From the NCBI GenBank assembly GCA_043228905.1, contig JBHGNT010000003.1:12028001-12092000 (forward strand): 64,000 nt of DNA, written 5' to 3'. This DNA comes from Azolla caroliniana. Taxonomy: Eukaryota > Plantae > Polypodiophyta. A program made the translations under genes and the position numbers. Numbering within the stretch: the stretch's first letter is position 1; each line of letters begins with the position of its first letter. Of this stretch, positions 11,701-21,753 are shown in pieces. Under the pieces are notes generated by a model. That model had not been told where the DNA came from, made no database searches, and saw only the letters and a program-made list of their open reading frames with translations.

Positions 11701-14342
11701 CCAATGATCTGGTAGGCATAGGGCCACATACATCCGTATGAACTAGATCTAAGGGTTGAGTAGACGAATCAGAATTAATATTCTGATGCACACTTCTAGT
11801 TTGTTTACCATATTGACAATGCTCACAAATTGAAAATTTTGAAAATGATAACATAGGTAAATAGCCAAAACGTGATAATGTTTCCATTCCAGTACGAGAC
11901 ATGTGACCTAAACGGCCATGCCAAATACAAGTCATAGGCTATTCTGTGATTGTCAAAAGATGCTCCTTTTGATGGACAACTAAAGGGTAAAGGGAACCAA
12001 CTTTGTTCCCTTTGGCAATAACCATATTTCCTTTCGTAATACGAAAGGATTGAGCAGCAATAATCACTTTAAAACCAATGTTATCAAGCTATCCAACAGA
12101 CATTAAGCTACGAGTTAGCTCAGGCACATGGCATACATTTTGTATGGTAAACTAAGAGCCATCAGAAAATTGTACCATGACATCTCCGATGCCAATCACA
12201 TCACACTGATGTGAATCTCCAAGCCGTATTGTACCAAGTGATTTAGTTTCGTATCATGTGAACCACTCTCTATGTGGAGTCACATGGAATGAAGCACCAG
12301 AGTCCAACAACCATGTATGAGAAAGCACATGAGCAATATTAGCCTCAGCATAGGTAGCATCATCATGCATGACCAAGATGTCAACACCATCATCGCATGC
12401 AACATTTATTTCCTCTATCTTTAGCGAAGATGATGAACCAGCCAACTGTTTAACATGCCCATCACCATGCGTTTTACTCTTTTCCTTCTCTTTGTTCTTC
12501 AAGGCATAACAGTCTTTCTTAATATGACCCTTCTTGTGGCAATAATGGCATTCCACATGTCTCTTCCTAGACTTACTTCTGCTCTTGTCATGATTTCCAT
12601 GACTATTTCTGCTTTGGCTTCTACCACGTTGCTGGTTTTTACCATAACCAGCATCTCGAACATTATATGCATCTCCAACTTGTGAGGAAACCATAGTTTT
12701 CCTACGTATTTCTTCACCCAATAGTGCTCCACTTATGTCATTATACACCAATTTCCCATTTGGTACACTAGCACTAATAGCGGTGCAAAATGTGTCCCAT
12801 GAGCTAGGCAATGTGCATAGCAAAAATATAGCTTTCAGCTCATCATCCATGGTCATTTTCTGAGATTGCAATTGCGACCATAATGCATCAAATTGATTTA
12901 AATGAGACGCAATACTATTTGTATCCTTCATACGAAGGTCATATAACTTTCTCATCAAATACACCTTGTTTGCTGCAGTCTCCTTCTCATAGGTATTGCA
13001 TAGTTTTTTCCAAAGTTCTTCGGAGTTTTGGCTGTCTAAAACAGTAAAGTAGACACTATCCACCAAGTGCAGTCTTATAGTGGACATGGTCAAGGCATCA
13101 AGTTCCTCCCAATCATCATCATCCATGTCATTTGGCTTCTTCACTTTGCCGCCTAGGGGCCTCGTTTGCTTTCTTTGAACCAATACATCACGCATCTGAT
13201 TCTTCCACAAAGCAAAATTAGATCCATCAAATTTCCGGATCTCAATATGATCTTTTCCCAAAAAAGAATAGTTCTTACTTGAACTATTGCGAGCAACATA
13301 AGTGCTACTAGATACATCCAACATTCCAGACTCCATGGGAGTGAACGACAGTATCAAGCAGTGATTGGGCAACAAAAAACTAGTAACCAAGTAGCTTATT
13401 GAAAACTGTCAAAGATTGATACCCAATATTTCGTGCAACGCGCACCACTAGAAGCATACAACTTCCAAAATATCAGTAGTGAACTGTCAAAGAGGGCTGA
13501 TACCACTCTTGCATAAAACAAGCACCACTTCAAGACATATAATTTCCAAAATGTCAACAATATTGGCTAACATACATCTCCCAATCACAAATTGTAGGCA
13601 ACTGCTATGTTATACATTCACGTTGACCCCAAATTTCTCTTCCAAATGTAGCAATGACATTGACTCACATACATCTCCCGAACCACAAACTGTAGGCATC
13701 GGCTTTGCTATGCATTCACATTAACCCCAAATCTCTCTTGCAAACGTGGCAGGGGTCTCTCCCACCACAGCTTAGTTCCACCCAAAAATGTTTCGGATAT
13801 GATGGATAATTAGAGAGTTTAACCAAGGGAAATACCTGTGAATAGCATGTTCCTTTCTTCAATGTCGAAGATGCTGGAGATGCCCAACAGTAGGTAGATG
13901 CTTCAGCCGAGCCCGATACTCCAATGCTTGCCACATGAATCTCCTACGCCGCTACAAGTCTCGGACGCTTGTTGTTTCCGACTCCAAAGCTTCCCTCGCT
14001 GTCTCTCTCGCTCTGATACCACTAATGACAATCAATAGAGCAGAAAATCAAGAGACAATCTGCTCTTGATCGTAATGCACGGACAATGAAGGATGAAGAA
14101 AGAGTGCACGAGAGGAATAGGGGGTGAATGACAAAGGGATTCAATTGATACAGTAGGGTGGAGATTACAAGAGGAGAGAGGTAAATCTCTTGGACAAAGA
14201 AAAAAGGGGTGAAAAAACCACACACAGAGAACACAAACACTCGCTCTCTCACACTCACTCTCTCTCTCTCCCCACTCAACTAAGTGGGAGACCAGTTTTG
14301 GCCTTTTCACACTTAGTATGTATCGGGGATACATGTATAACA
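8789..14342 (-). mobile_element. Full-length degenerate Ty1/copia element
   Basis: LTRs 8789-9115 and 14023-14342, TSD TTTAC (8784-8788, 14343-14347), PBS 14010-14021, PPT-like tract from 9116, gag-PR-IN-RT-RH fragments. Confidence 0.95.
9245..13390 (-). pseudogene. copia gag-pol polyprotein, disrupted
   Basis: CHYCHKKGHIKKDC zinc knuckle, WLLDSGAS protease, WHGRLGH and HTDVCGP integrase, LYVDDML RT, YTDSDYAG and KHIGVRYHFIRE RNase H, spread over several frames with stops. Confidence 0.93.
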
Positions 14343-14756
14343 TTTACATGATCCAATTAATATCCAAGCATAGTGAAGATTACCAGGCAATGTCAAGGAA
14401 CTTGAAGTTGAATAAATGCAACACTCACCGGCAACATTGGAGAAGCTTTGCAAGCGATTTTGTGAATACGAGAAACTATCAGCGTATCAAGATACTGAAT
14501 GAAAAGTTAGAAAACATTTTCATGACTGAATATAAATCAACTAAACATACATCACACATTCATTGCTTACGAAATGGAATTTGTATCAAGGGCATTGATT
14601 TTGAAGTTGTGTAAGTTGTGTCGTAGGAAGCCCTTTCGTTTGTTTCCATCATTTAAAAGTACTCTTGATTCATATGGGCAATGATCTAATGTGGGGAGAA
14701 TAAATGTGAAGTTAGCTTGAATTTGTACAATTAGAGAGAGAGAGAGAAAAGGTGCC

Positions 14757-14998
14757 ATGGAGGGAGGGCTCAAACATCTCACTCGCACCGCCATCTCCTC
14801 CTCTCTCAACTCCACCCTCTTGGCCGCCTCGGGGCAATGACCTCGGGCACTTGTGTTGTTCGGGTCGATTGCGGCGTGGTCATCACGAGCCCCATTGCCG
14901 CCTCCTCGACTGTCTCCCTCGTCTCGAAATTGTGCTCCTTCAAACTCAAGAGCCCTAAGCTCTTCTAGCTTGTAATTCTTCATCGGTCTCCGGTTCAG
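14757..14998 (+). pseudogene. Possible captured first exon encoding a transit-peptide-like N-terminus
   Basis: Follows (GA)n. MEGGLKHLTRTAISSSLNSTLLAASGQ*PRALVLFGSIAAWSSRAPLPPPRLSPSSR..., Ser/Ala/Arg rich and GC-rich, ending at CAG|GTGTGG before AT-rich sequence. Confidence 0.35.
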
Positions 14999-15104
14999 GT
15001 GTGGTCATGTCTATTTGGTTGAATTCATGTTTTGTTCTTGGTTCTTGGTTTAATATCATATTAGTTTTTAACCATGTTTGTATTGTGTATTGTGTATTGT
15101 GTAT

Positions 15105-15147
<43 letters not shown>

Positions 15148-16680
15148 TTGCATATGCATGGTTGTGTTTGTATTCATGCACACATGCATTTGCAACATTC
15201 CCTCTCATGTTTTTTTTTTCCATGTTAATTTTTGTATTTGTTGTGTATTTGCTATACAACCTCACAATTCACATTCTTCTTGTAGAGTTCCCTTGATTTT
15301 TGAAACAATTAATGTAGTGAAATCATTTTCCTTCAATTAAAAATCTAGAGATGTTGTTTGCTAACAACTAGATTTCCTTTATAGTTACAAAGAAAGAAAG
15401 CATTTGTCATGATAATCTCTTTTTCCAAGGAAGAAGGCATATCCAACAAGAAAACAAGTGCTTCCTCGAGGGGAGTCTCTTGATGGAAGGAGGCTGAAAC
15501 TGAAGAAGTCACCAACATGAAATCTACAACCATGAAAAGACCAGTAATAATTCTGGCACTCAGGATCTAATTTGGATGAGTTTATAACAATAAAATAACA
15601 TTTTATTGGAATATGTACATCATTTTATTGCTCTGGAATGACCCCGAAGAAGAAAACGCAGAACTGATGGCGCTATATTCATGAATGTAATGTGTAAATG
15701 TAGGTATATATCCCAATAAAATGTTATTTTATTGTTGTAAAATGTGCTACATCATTATGAGAATGCACGGTCCTGATTTCTACTTGTTGTAAATAATTGT
15801 ATGTATTGTAATATGGAATTGTTGTCATTACTTTCCTCTCATATAATGAATCATTGTTTGTTTGAAACATTATTTAAACCTTAGGTATTTCATTATTATA
15901 GCAAGTTGGTTTTACATGTGTTTGTTTGTTGTAAACGATATACTCTAAGGAAAAGGTGTACTACAAAGAGATGTTATATAGCCAATAGTGTGATTGATAT
16001 ATATGTCAAATGTGGCTTGACCCATGTAGCACATATATTGCTTAATACGCTTTGCATATTGAATTAGTCATATATTAATCTCTTCCTTGTTAAATAATGT
16101 TGTGATGTGAGAAATTATTGAGCATTTGAAGGAACTTCTTGTAGTGATGGCATATTGATGATGATTGTTGATGAAATTTCATAAAGTTTAAATATAGAAT
16201 ATCTATCAAACCAAATAATGAACTCGTGAATCTTTATTAGTAAAAGAATATTTATAATTTAGGTGCAAATGGATGCCTTCCCACTACACACATACACATA
16301 TGTCATACAACTAGGATATACAACACATACAATATAATACGTACATAAATAAACATGGAATACAATACATACATATGAACAGACACATACACAAATAACA
16401 CATACATAAAATATATACAATATATGAAATACAATATAATACATACATACACCCATTTATAAAACATACATATATCTTCTATGTAAGGGCATTTAAAATG
16501 AGGTGTTGTTAAAATATATATTCGCACTAAGGGTTATTTTTATTAGCTATTTTTTTATAGAAGGGTATCTAAAATAGTAAAAAATATATGTATAAGGGGT
16601 TTATAAAAGGTGTCGTGAACGCACGTGATACAACCTCTTTAAACATAATGGAACCCCCGGGGCGAAAACCTCGAGCACTT

Positions 16681-18243
16681 TGTTGAGCGAGCAAGCTCAA
16701 CATGCGCTGGATTGGTTGTATAAGCTGAGAGCCGGATCGGATGAAGACCAATCAGCTACGCCGAGATCGGTGTCCGGAACCAAGAGCCATATCGGTATCC
16801 AGAACAATGTGTAACTGGTAGGCCGTTAGAGGCCTACGGTCCTAGCCTATTAGATAGGCATATTTTTGGGAGTTTGTGTCATGGCTCAGTATGAGCATTG
16901 AAGTACTTGTCAATACTTTTGTCAGTCCTTTTAAGGACTTGTATAAAAGTGCTCACAGACCACATTGTATGTACAGAGTTTTTAAAGAGTCTATAGAGTA
17001 TTTTGAATATAGTTTTATGTGTTCTGCTCTCTTTGTCTCTCCAGCGTATTCTCTGTGTATTTTGAAGCTTTCCATTAAACCTTCATTCTATTTTCTATTG
17101 CTATTCGGTAGAACCGGTTGTGTCTACAAGCTTCGGCACATTAGCTTTTACATGGTATCAAAGCATGAGGGTTGAGAATCCATTGTTGCCGACAAGAGTT
17201 GTAACACAAACAAACCCTAATACCCAGTAAGAACAAACAGAAGAGGGAAATGGATAGAAGCATGGCAAGCTCACTTTCGACGGAGAACCTCGATAGAAGC
17301 AACTATGCATCTTGGTCCTAAGGACTTCCCGGTATGAGTAGAGTGTTATACTATCTCACATCCTGTGTGCACGACCAGATGCTCGGCTACATTAGAGATG
17401 CGAAAATGCTAAAGGAAGCCTAGGAAAATTTCAAACAGATTTTCATCGCCAATACCACAGCCCGAAAGTTGCAGCTCCGGCAAGAGCTTAACAACATCTG
17501 GCAAAGGGACATGTCGATCATCGATTACACCACCAAGATCAAGGAGATTTACAACGCAATGGGATCCATCAATGTGATAGTGGATGAAGACGAGATATGC
17601 AGATCTACCTCAGTGGTCTAGCGCAAAGGTATAGGCTAATCCGGACGGCGATATACACCCAAGAGACACCACCGTCCTTTGACTTGCAATCGATGTTGAT
17701 GGTCGAAGAAAACCACACGAGTGGGTCGATGACCACTCAATCGGACAGCCAAGTGTTGTACACAGAGGTGGATCGGCCCTGGGGGCGTGGCGAACATGGT
17801 GGATCGGCACGCAATGGTGGCGGCCAACAAGAGCAAGAAAGAAGGCACAATGGTGGTGCCGACAACAGTTCAGAACCCTCCACGAGCAGGAGGATTCAAG
17901 GCAACGCCAGAAACCGGCAATCAAAGGCCGAAACGGAATGCTAGTATTGTGGCAAGAAAGGCCACCAAGAGAGCGACTGCTGGAAGAAGCACGCCGATTC
18001 AACCAAATCTGGATCTGGCAAAACCAAACACAGAAATCAACAGTGATCACACTACGCCGAAGGATCGGGAACCGAAAAAACTGGAAAAGGGCCAGCCTTT
18101 GTGATGAAGCACAAGGAGAACTCAATGAAGAAGACTACCCCACAATCGGGCGAGGTGTGGTATGTTGACTCCGGGGCATCAAATCACATGATGAGCCATG
18201 AAGAATTATTCTCGTATCTAGAGAAACCAGAGCAATCAGGATC
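16681..18243 (+). mobile_element. Truncated Ty1/copia element (family B): LTR, PBS and degenerate gag-PR
   Basis: LTR 16681-17152 starting TGTTGAGCGAGCAAGCTCAACA, PBS TGGTATCAAAGC from 17153, gag fragments, WYVDSGASNHM protease near 18160. Confidence 0.85.
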
Positions 18244-20150
18244 ATTGAACTTAACCGAGTAAGCCCAAACCTTCCGGGTGCAATCATAAACAAACATAAT
18301 GAAGTACATGGAGCCTCCTAGTGGCCTTTCGGGCATCGGCCCACAAATATCAGTGTGGACCAATTCTAGGGGTTGTCGTATCGTCTTGTAATGGAGAGAG
18401 TGTGGACTTCGGGTCTGTTTCTCTTAACAACAATGGTCATAGAAGTCTGACTTCATTTGGAGTAACTTTTGGAATGTAGCCGATTGTCGTTAGCCTGTCA
18501 GTCCAACTTGTGACATATGGTTGAGTCGGCCATGCCATAGTGTTGCATTTGGCAATTCGGTTACGTTGATTGTGCCCTCCAGACTCAACACATTTAGCAA
18601 ATACAAGTTATTGTACTTGCTGCCATGACTGATTCAGTGATTTCCTTTCGTGATCAGTCATGATGACTTGCTAAGTGTTGTCCTGTACCTGGCTTCAGTT
18701 AACATGCCAATGGAGACCAGACTCCTAGTCAACTCGGGCACATGTTGAGCACGGTGTAGGATGCTTATATTGCCATTCAACAATTGAATTGGGACCTCTC
18801 CGATACCTACAATTTTGCATTCCTGCCCATTGTCGTGTCTAACTGTGTCGTTGGCTCCGGTTGAATAACCCGAAAACCATTCGATGTTGTGGGTCACATG
18901 AAATGTGGCATCGGAATCCAACAACCACATCCACACGTCTTGTGCGCTATAAAAGATCTCGTCGATCAACGAATCTTCTAGGGAGAGGACTTCTCTCGAC
19001 TTGGATTGAGCAACATTAATTTGGTTGCTTGTTTGAGAATGGTTCGAGTCGGATGATCCTGAATTCTGCTCGAATTGTTGTTCATTCTCCTTCTTGTTGA
19101 TTGACCAACAGTCGATAATGTTATGTCCGGCCTTTTCGCAGTATGTGCAAAAGGCGTACGGCTTCCCGTTCCACGACTTCGATCGTTGACGATCACTCTG
19201 CCTTCGAGACTGGCTTTGATATCGGCCTACTCTTTGAGTCGTATCTGCCGCAAAATGGGTTTCGGCATTGTCGTCGATGGTAAGTGCCATCAACTTTCTT
19301 CAAAGGTCTTCTGATTGGACTTGTCTCATTGCTTCGTAGAGTGTTAGCTTTATTGAACTGTTCATGATAGTCATGTAGAAGACTTCCCAACTTGCCGACG
19401 GGCTCAAGAGAAGAACAAGGGCTTTGATTTCTTCTTCTACGTTCAATCCTTGCAAGGAGACTTCGGCCAACACCTGGCTAAAGGTGTTGATGTGGGAGGT
19501 GGCCGGTTCAGATTCCTTCATCTTCAATTAAACAATTTCCCGATCAATATGAGCTTTGATGAGGACAATTTCTTCTCATATATGGCTTGGAGCTTCTCTC
19601 ACAGGGCAAATGCCAATGTCTCTTTGGCCATGCTAAAGTAGACGTTTTCAGTCATATGCATTTGAATAGTCGATCTGGCTATTTTGTCCAGAGATCATCA
19701 TTCTTCTGCAACCGGCTTGGTGTTGTGTCGTATAGCTTAAATCTAGCTTCAGATGATGAATGCATCTTGCATCATCTCCTTCCACAGGGCAAAGTTTTTG
19801 CCATCGAACTTTCGGATTTCTACGTTAGTGCCGAATGTCGATGCCATCTTCTGTTGGAAGTAAGATTGTTGGCCTCGTCCTTTCCTTTAGTTGGATATCC
19901 TTCTCCTTATGTTGTTGTTGCTTAACTCTGAATCGCGCCGATACCACTTGTTGACATTGAGAGTGACTTTATCGGCTACTGAGAGATGAGATGATGGTTG
20001 ACGGATGCAGAAGCGTATGAGGATTCTATGTGTGGAGTTAGCAACCGAACATCTAATGGATGAAGGTCAGCTTCACTATTCCAATCAAGAAGGTATATAG
20101 AGAGAGTGTGTGATAGACAATTACATGGGGTTTGCTCAAGAGAGGTAAAT
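18244..20150 (-). mobile_element. Degenerate truncated copia element (gag, PR, start of IN)
   Basis: CTYCEKAGHNIIDC, WLLDSDATFHVT and integrase start near 18350. Degenerate PBS 19935-19946; LTR starts 19949 (far boundary approximate). Confidence 0.75.
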
Positions 20151-20169
20151 CTTTCATATTGCTATACCT

Positions 20170-20733
20170 TTGTATATGGTGATGTTTCTCATTCTAGTGT
20201 CAATCCCACAAGTGATAAACCCCAAAAATATTTCAATCTACATTACACATTCATTGATTGTGGTAAGAAGGAGACATTCAACACACATCCATCAATAACT
20301 AGAAACTTTGTCAATAACCTCATTGTATATGGTGATGTATATTCAACTCTAGTTCGTATAAGATGATGTTTCTCATTCTAGTGTCAAGCCCAAAAGTGAT
20401 AACCCCCAAAAATATGTCAATCCACATTCCACATTCATTGATTGTGGTAAGGAGACATTCGACACACATCAATCAATAACTAGAAACTTTGTCAATAACC
20501 TCATTGTATATGGTGATCACTGATGTATATTCAACTCTAGTTTGTATAAGGTGATGTTTCTCATTCTAGTGTCAAGCTCAAAAGTGATAACCCCCAAAAA
20601 TATGTCAATCTACATTCCACAATCGTTAAGGTCACCACTTCAAGTGACCATTGAACAATGCATTCATTGATTGTTGCAAGAACGAGACATTCAACACACA
20701 TCCATCAATAACTAGAAGCTTTGTCAATAACCT
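20170..20733. repeat. ~185-bp tandem repeat x3
   Basis: TGATGTTTCTCATTCTAGTGTCAA recurs at 20180, 20364 and 20552 with collinear downstream sequence. Confidence 0.85.
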
Positions 20734-21753
20734 CTTGGATTTTTATGCGAGTGCTTGTCAATGTACTACGCAAAAATCTCAAATTTAGTAACAGCTAAAA
20801 AGAGAAAGAAAATACCTAAGAATAGGTATAATCAACTCCATTCCCACTATCCTGCACACCACTTCCATGTTGGAAGATCATTTAGAGTAGGGTCTCAAAA
20901 TAGAAAACTCGGAAGTTTGTTGTATGTGTTTGAGTATGCTCAACAAAGATTCCAGAAAATCTTCACTTCCAGAATTCTAGTCAGTGTCTTCCACAACTCA
21001 TCATGTCTGTCATATGGGACAATTACCAAGCATACCAGTAATGCAGATCGCTTCAAAATGATGCATGGTGATCAACATCATTAATGCAAGAGATAGAAGA
21101 GATTGTAGACATTCCCAAGAGACTCAAATCTAAAAATAAAAAATAAATTACATTCCATCAAAAATTGTAGATGGTTGCATACAATATAGACTAAAAGATG
21201 AAAACTTAAGTTTAAAATTATAACCAACATCAAATATAATCATCTAGATTTACCTGATGAAATTATGGAACAAAAACATTAGAATAAACAATAAACTGCA
21301 ACTAATATAAATAAGGGCGGAGTTAATTCCCATAATTCGCTAATGAATACACTCTTAAGGACTCTATTGCAAAATCTGAAAGGACATTCCATCTGTAATA
21401 TGTTCTCAACAGAGATGTAGCCCATTCTTAAATATGCTAGCATATTTTCGCCTGAAATGATTCCTTAGATTTTTTAACTCAAAAAATGTTGTTTCAATTT
21501 ACTCTTTTCCCCTCAATCAAGCTCTCCATCAGACTCTTTATAGTTTCTTCATGTTTCCTTCCATCAAAATCGAACTCCATGGTGATGTGTCAAAACCACA
21601 GTGCTGACATCCATCCAACATTCATAACTTACAATGGACAATTATCTTGATTCACTATCCTGCACCAGAATGTGTACATACACAAGACTTCTGGATATGA
21701 TTGAGAAGGAATAATAAGACTAAATTACCACATTCCTCCATTTTTGGCAGAAT

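Larger units (their letters stand above)
8409..14502 (+). pseudogene. NOP16: Nucleolar protein 16 intronless pseudogene, split by a copia insertion (parts 8409-8788 and 14348-14502)
   Basis: MARSRRSSKK...FVPPKAIIAGVKWDEHASLLWNYKSLGIVPNFLGAR...GSDVESDDLKSALGKKRRDGDHAPIQ*LTKVQRIY // MIQLISKHSEDYQAMSRNLKLNK/MQHSPATLEKLCKRF. Matches remembered plant Nop16 motifs. Has frameshifts and an internal stop, no introns. Confidence 0.85.
4825..16661. mobile_element. Putative non-autonomous TIR DNA transposon (Pack-type) with 8-bp TSD
   Basis: Left end CCTGGGGGCTTCACTAT-N16-GCACGTGAGTTCA. Reverse complement of the right end CCCGGGGGTTCCATTAT-N16-TCACGTGCGTTCA. Direct repeat GCGAAAAC at 4817-4824 and 16662-16669. 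Excision restores the integrase frame VLEVFAWWLAEAE. Confidence 0.75.

Noticed and set aside
15345-15533. Possible transposase remnant inside the TIR element
   Set aside because: No recognisable DDE/KDZ motif in any frame by eye; needs an HMM search.
20755-21084. 109-aa ORF downstream of SAS10/UTP3
   Set aside because: No recognisable motif, non-ATG start and no convincing exon structure.
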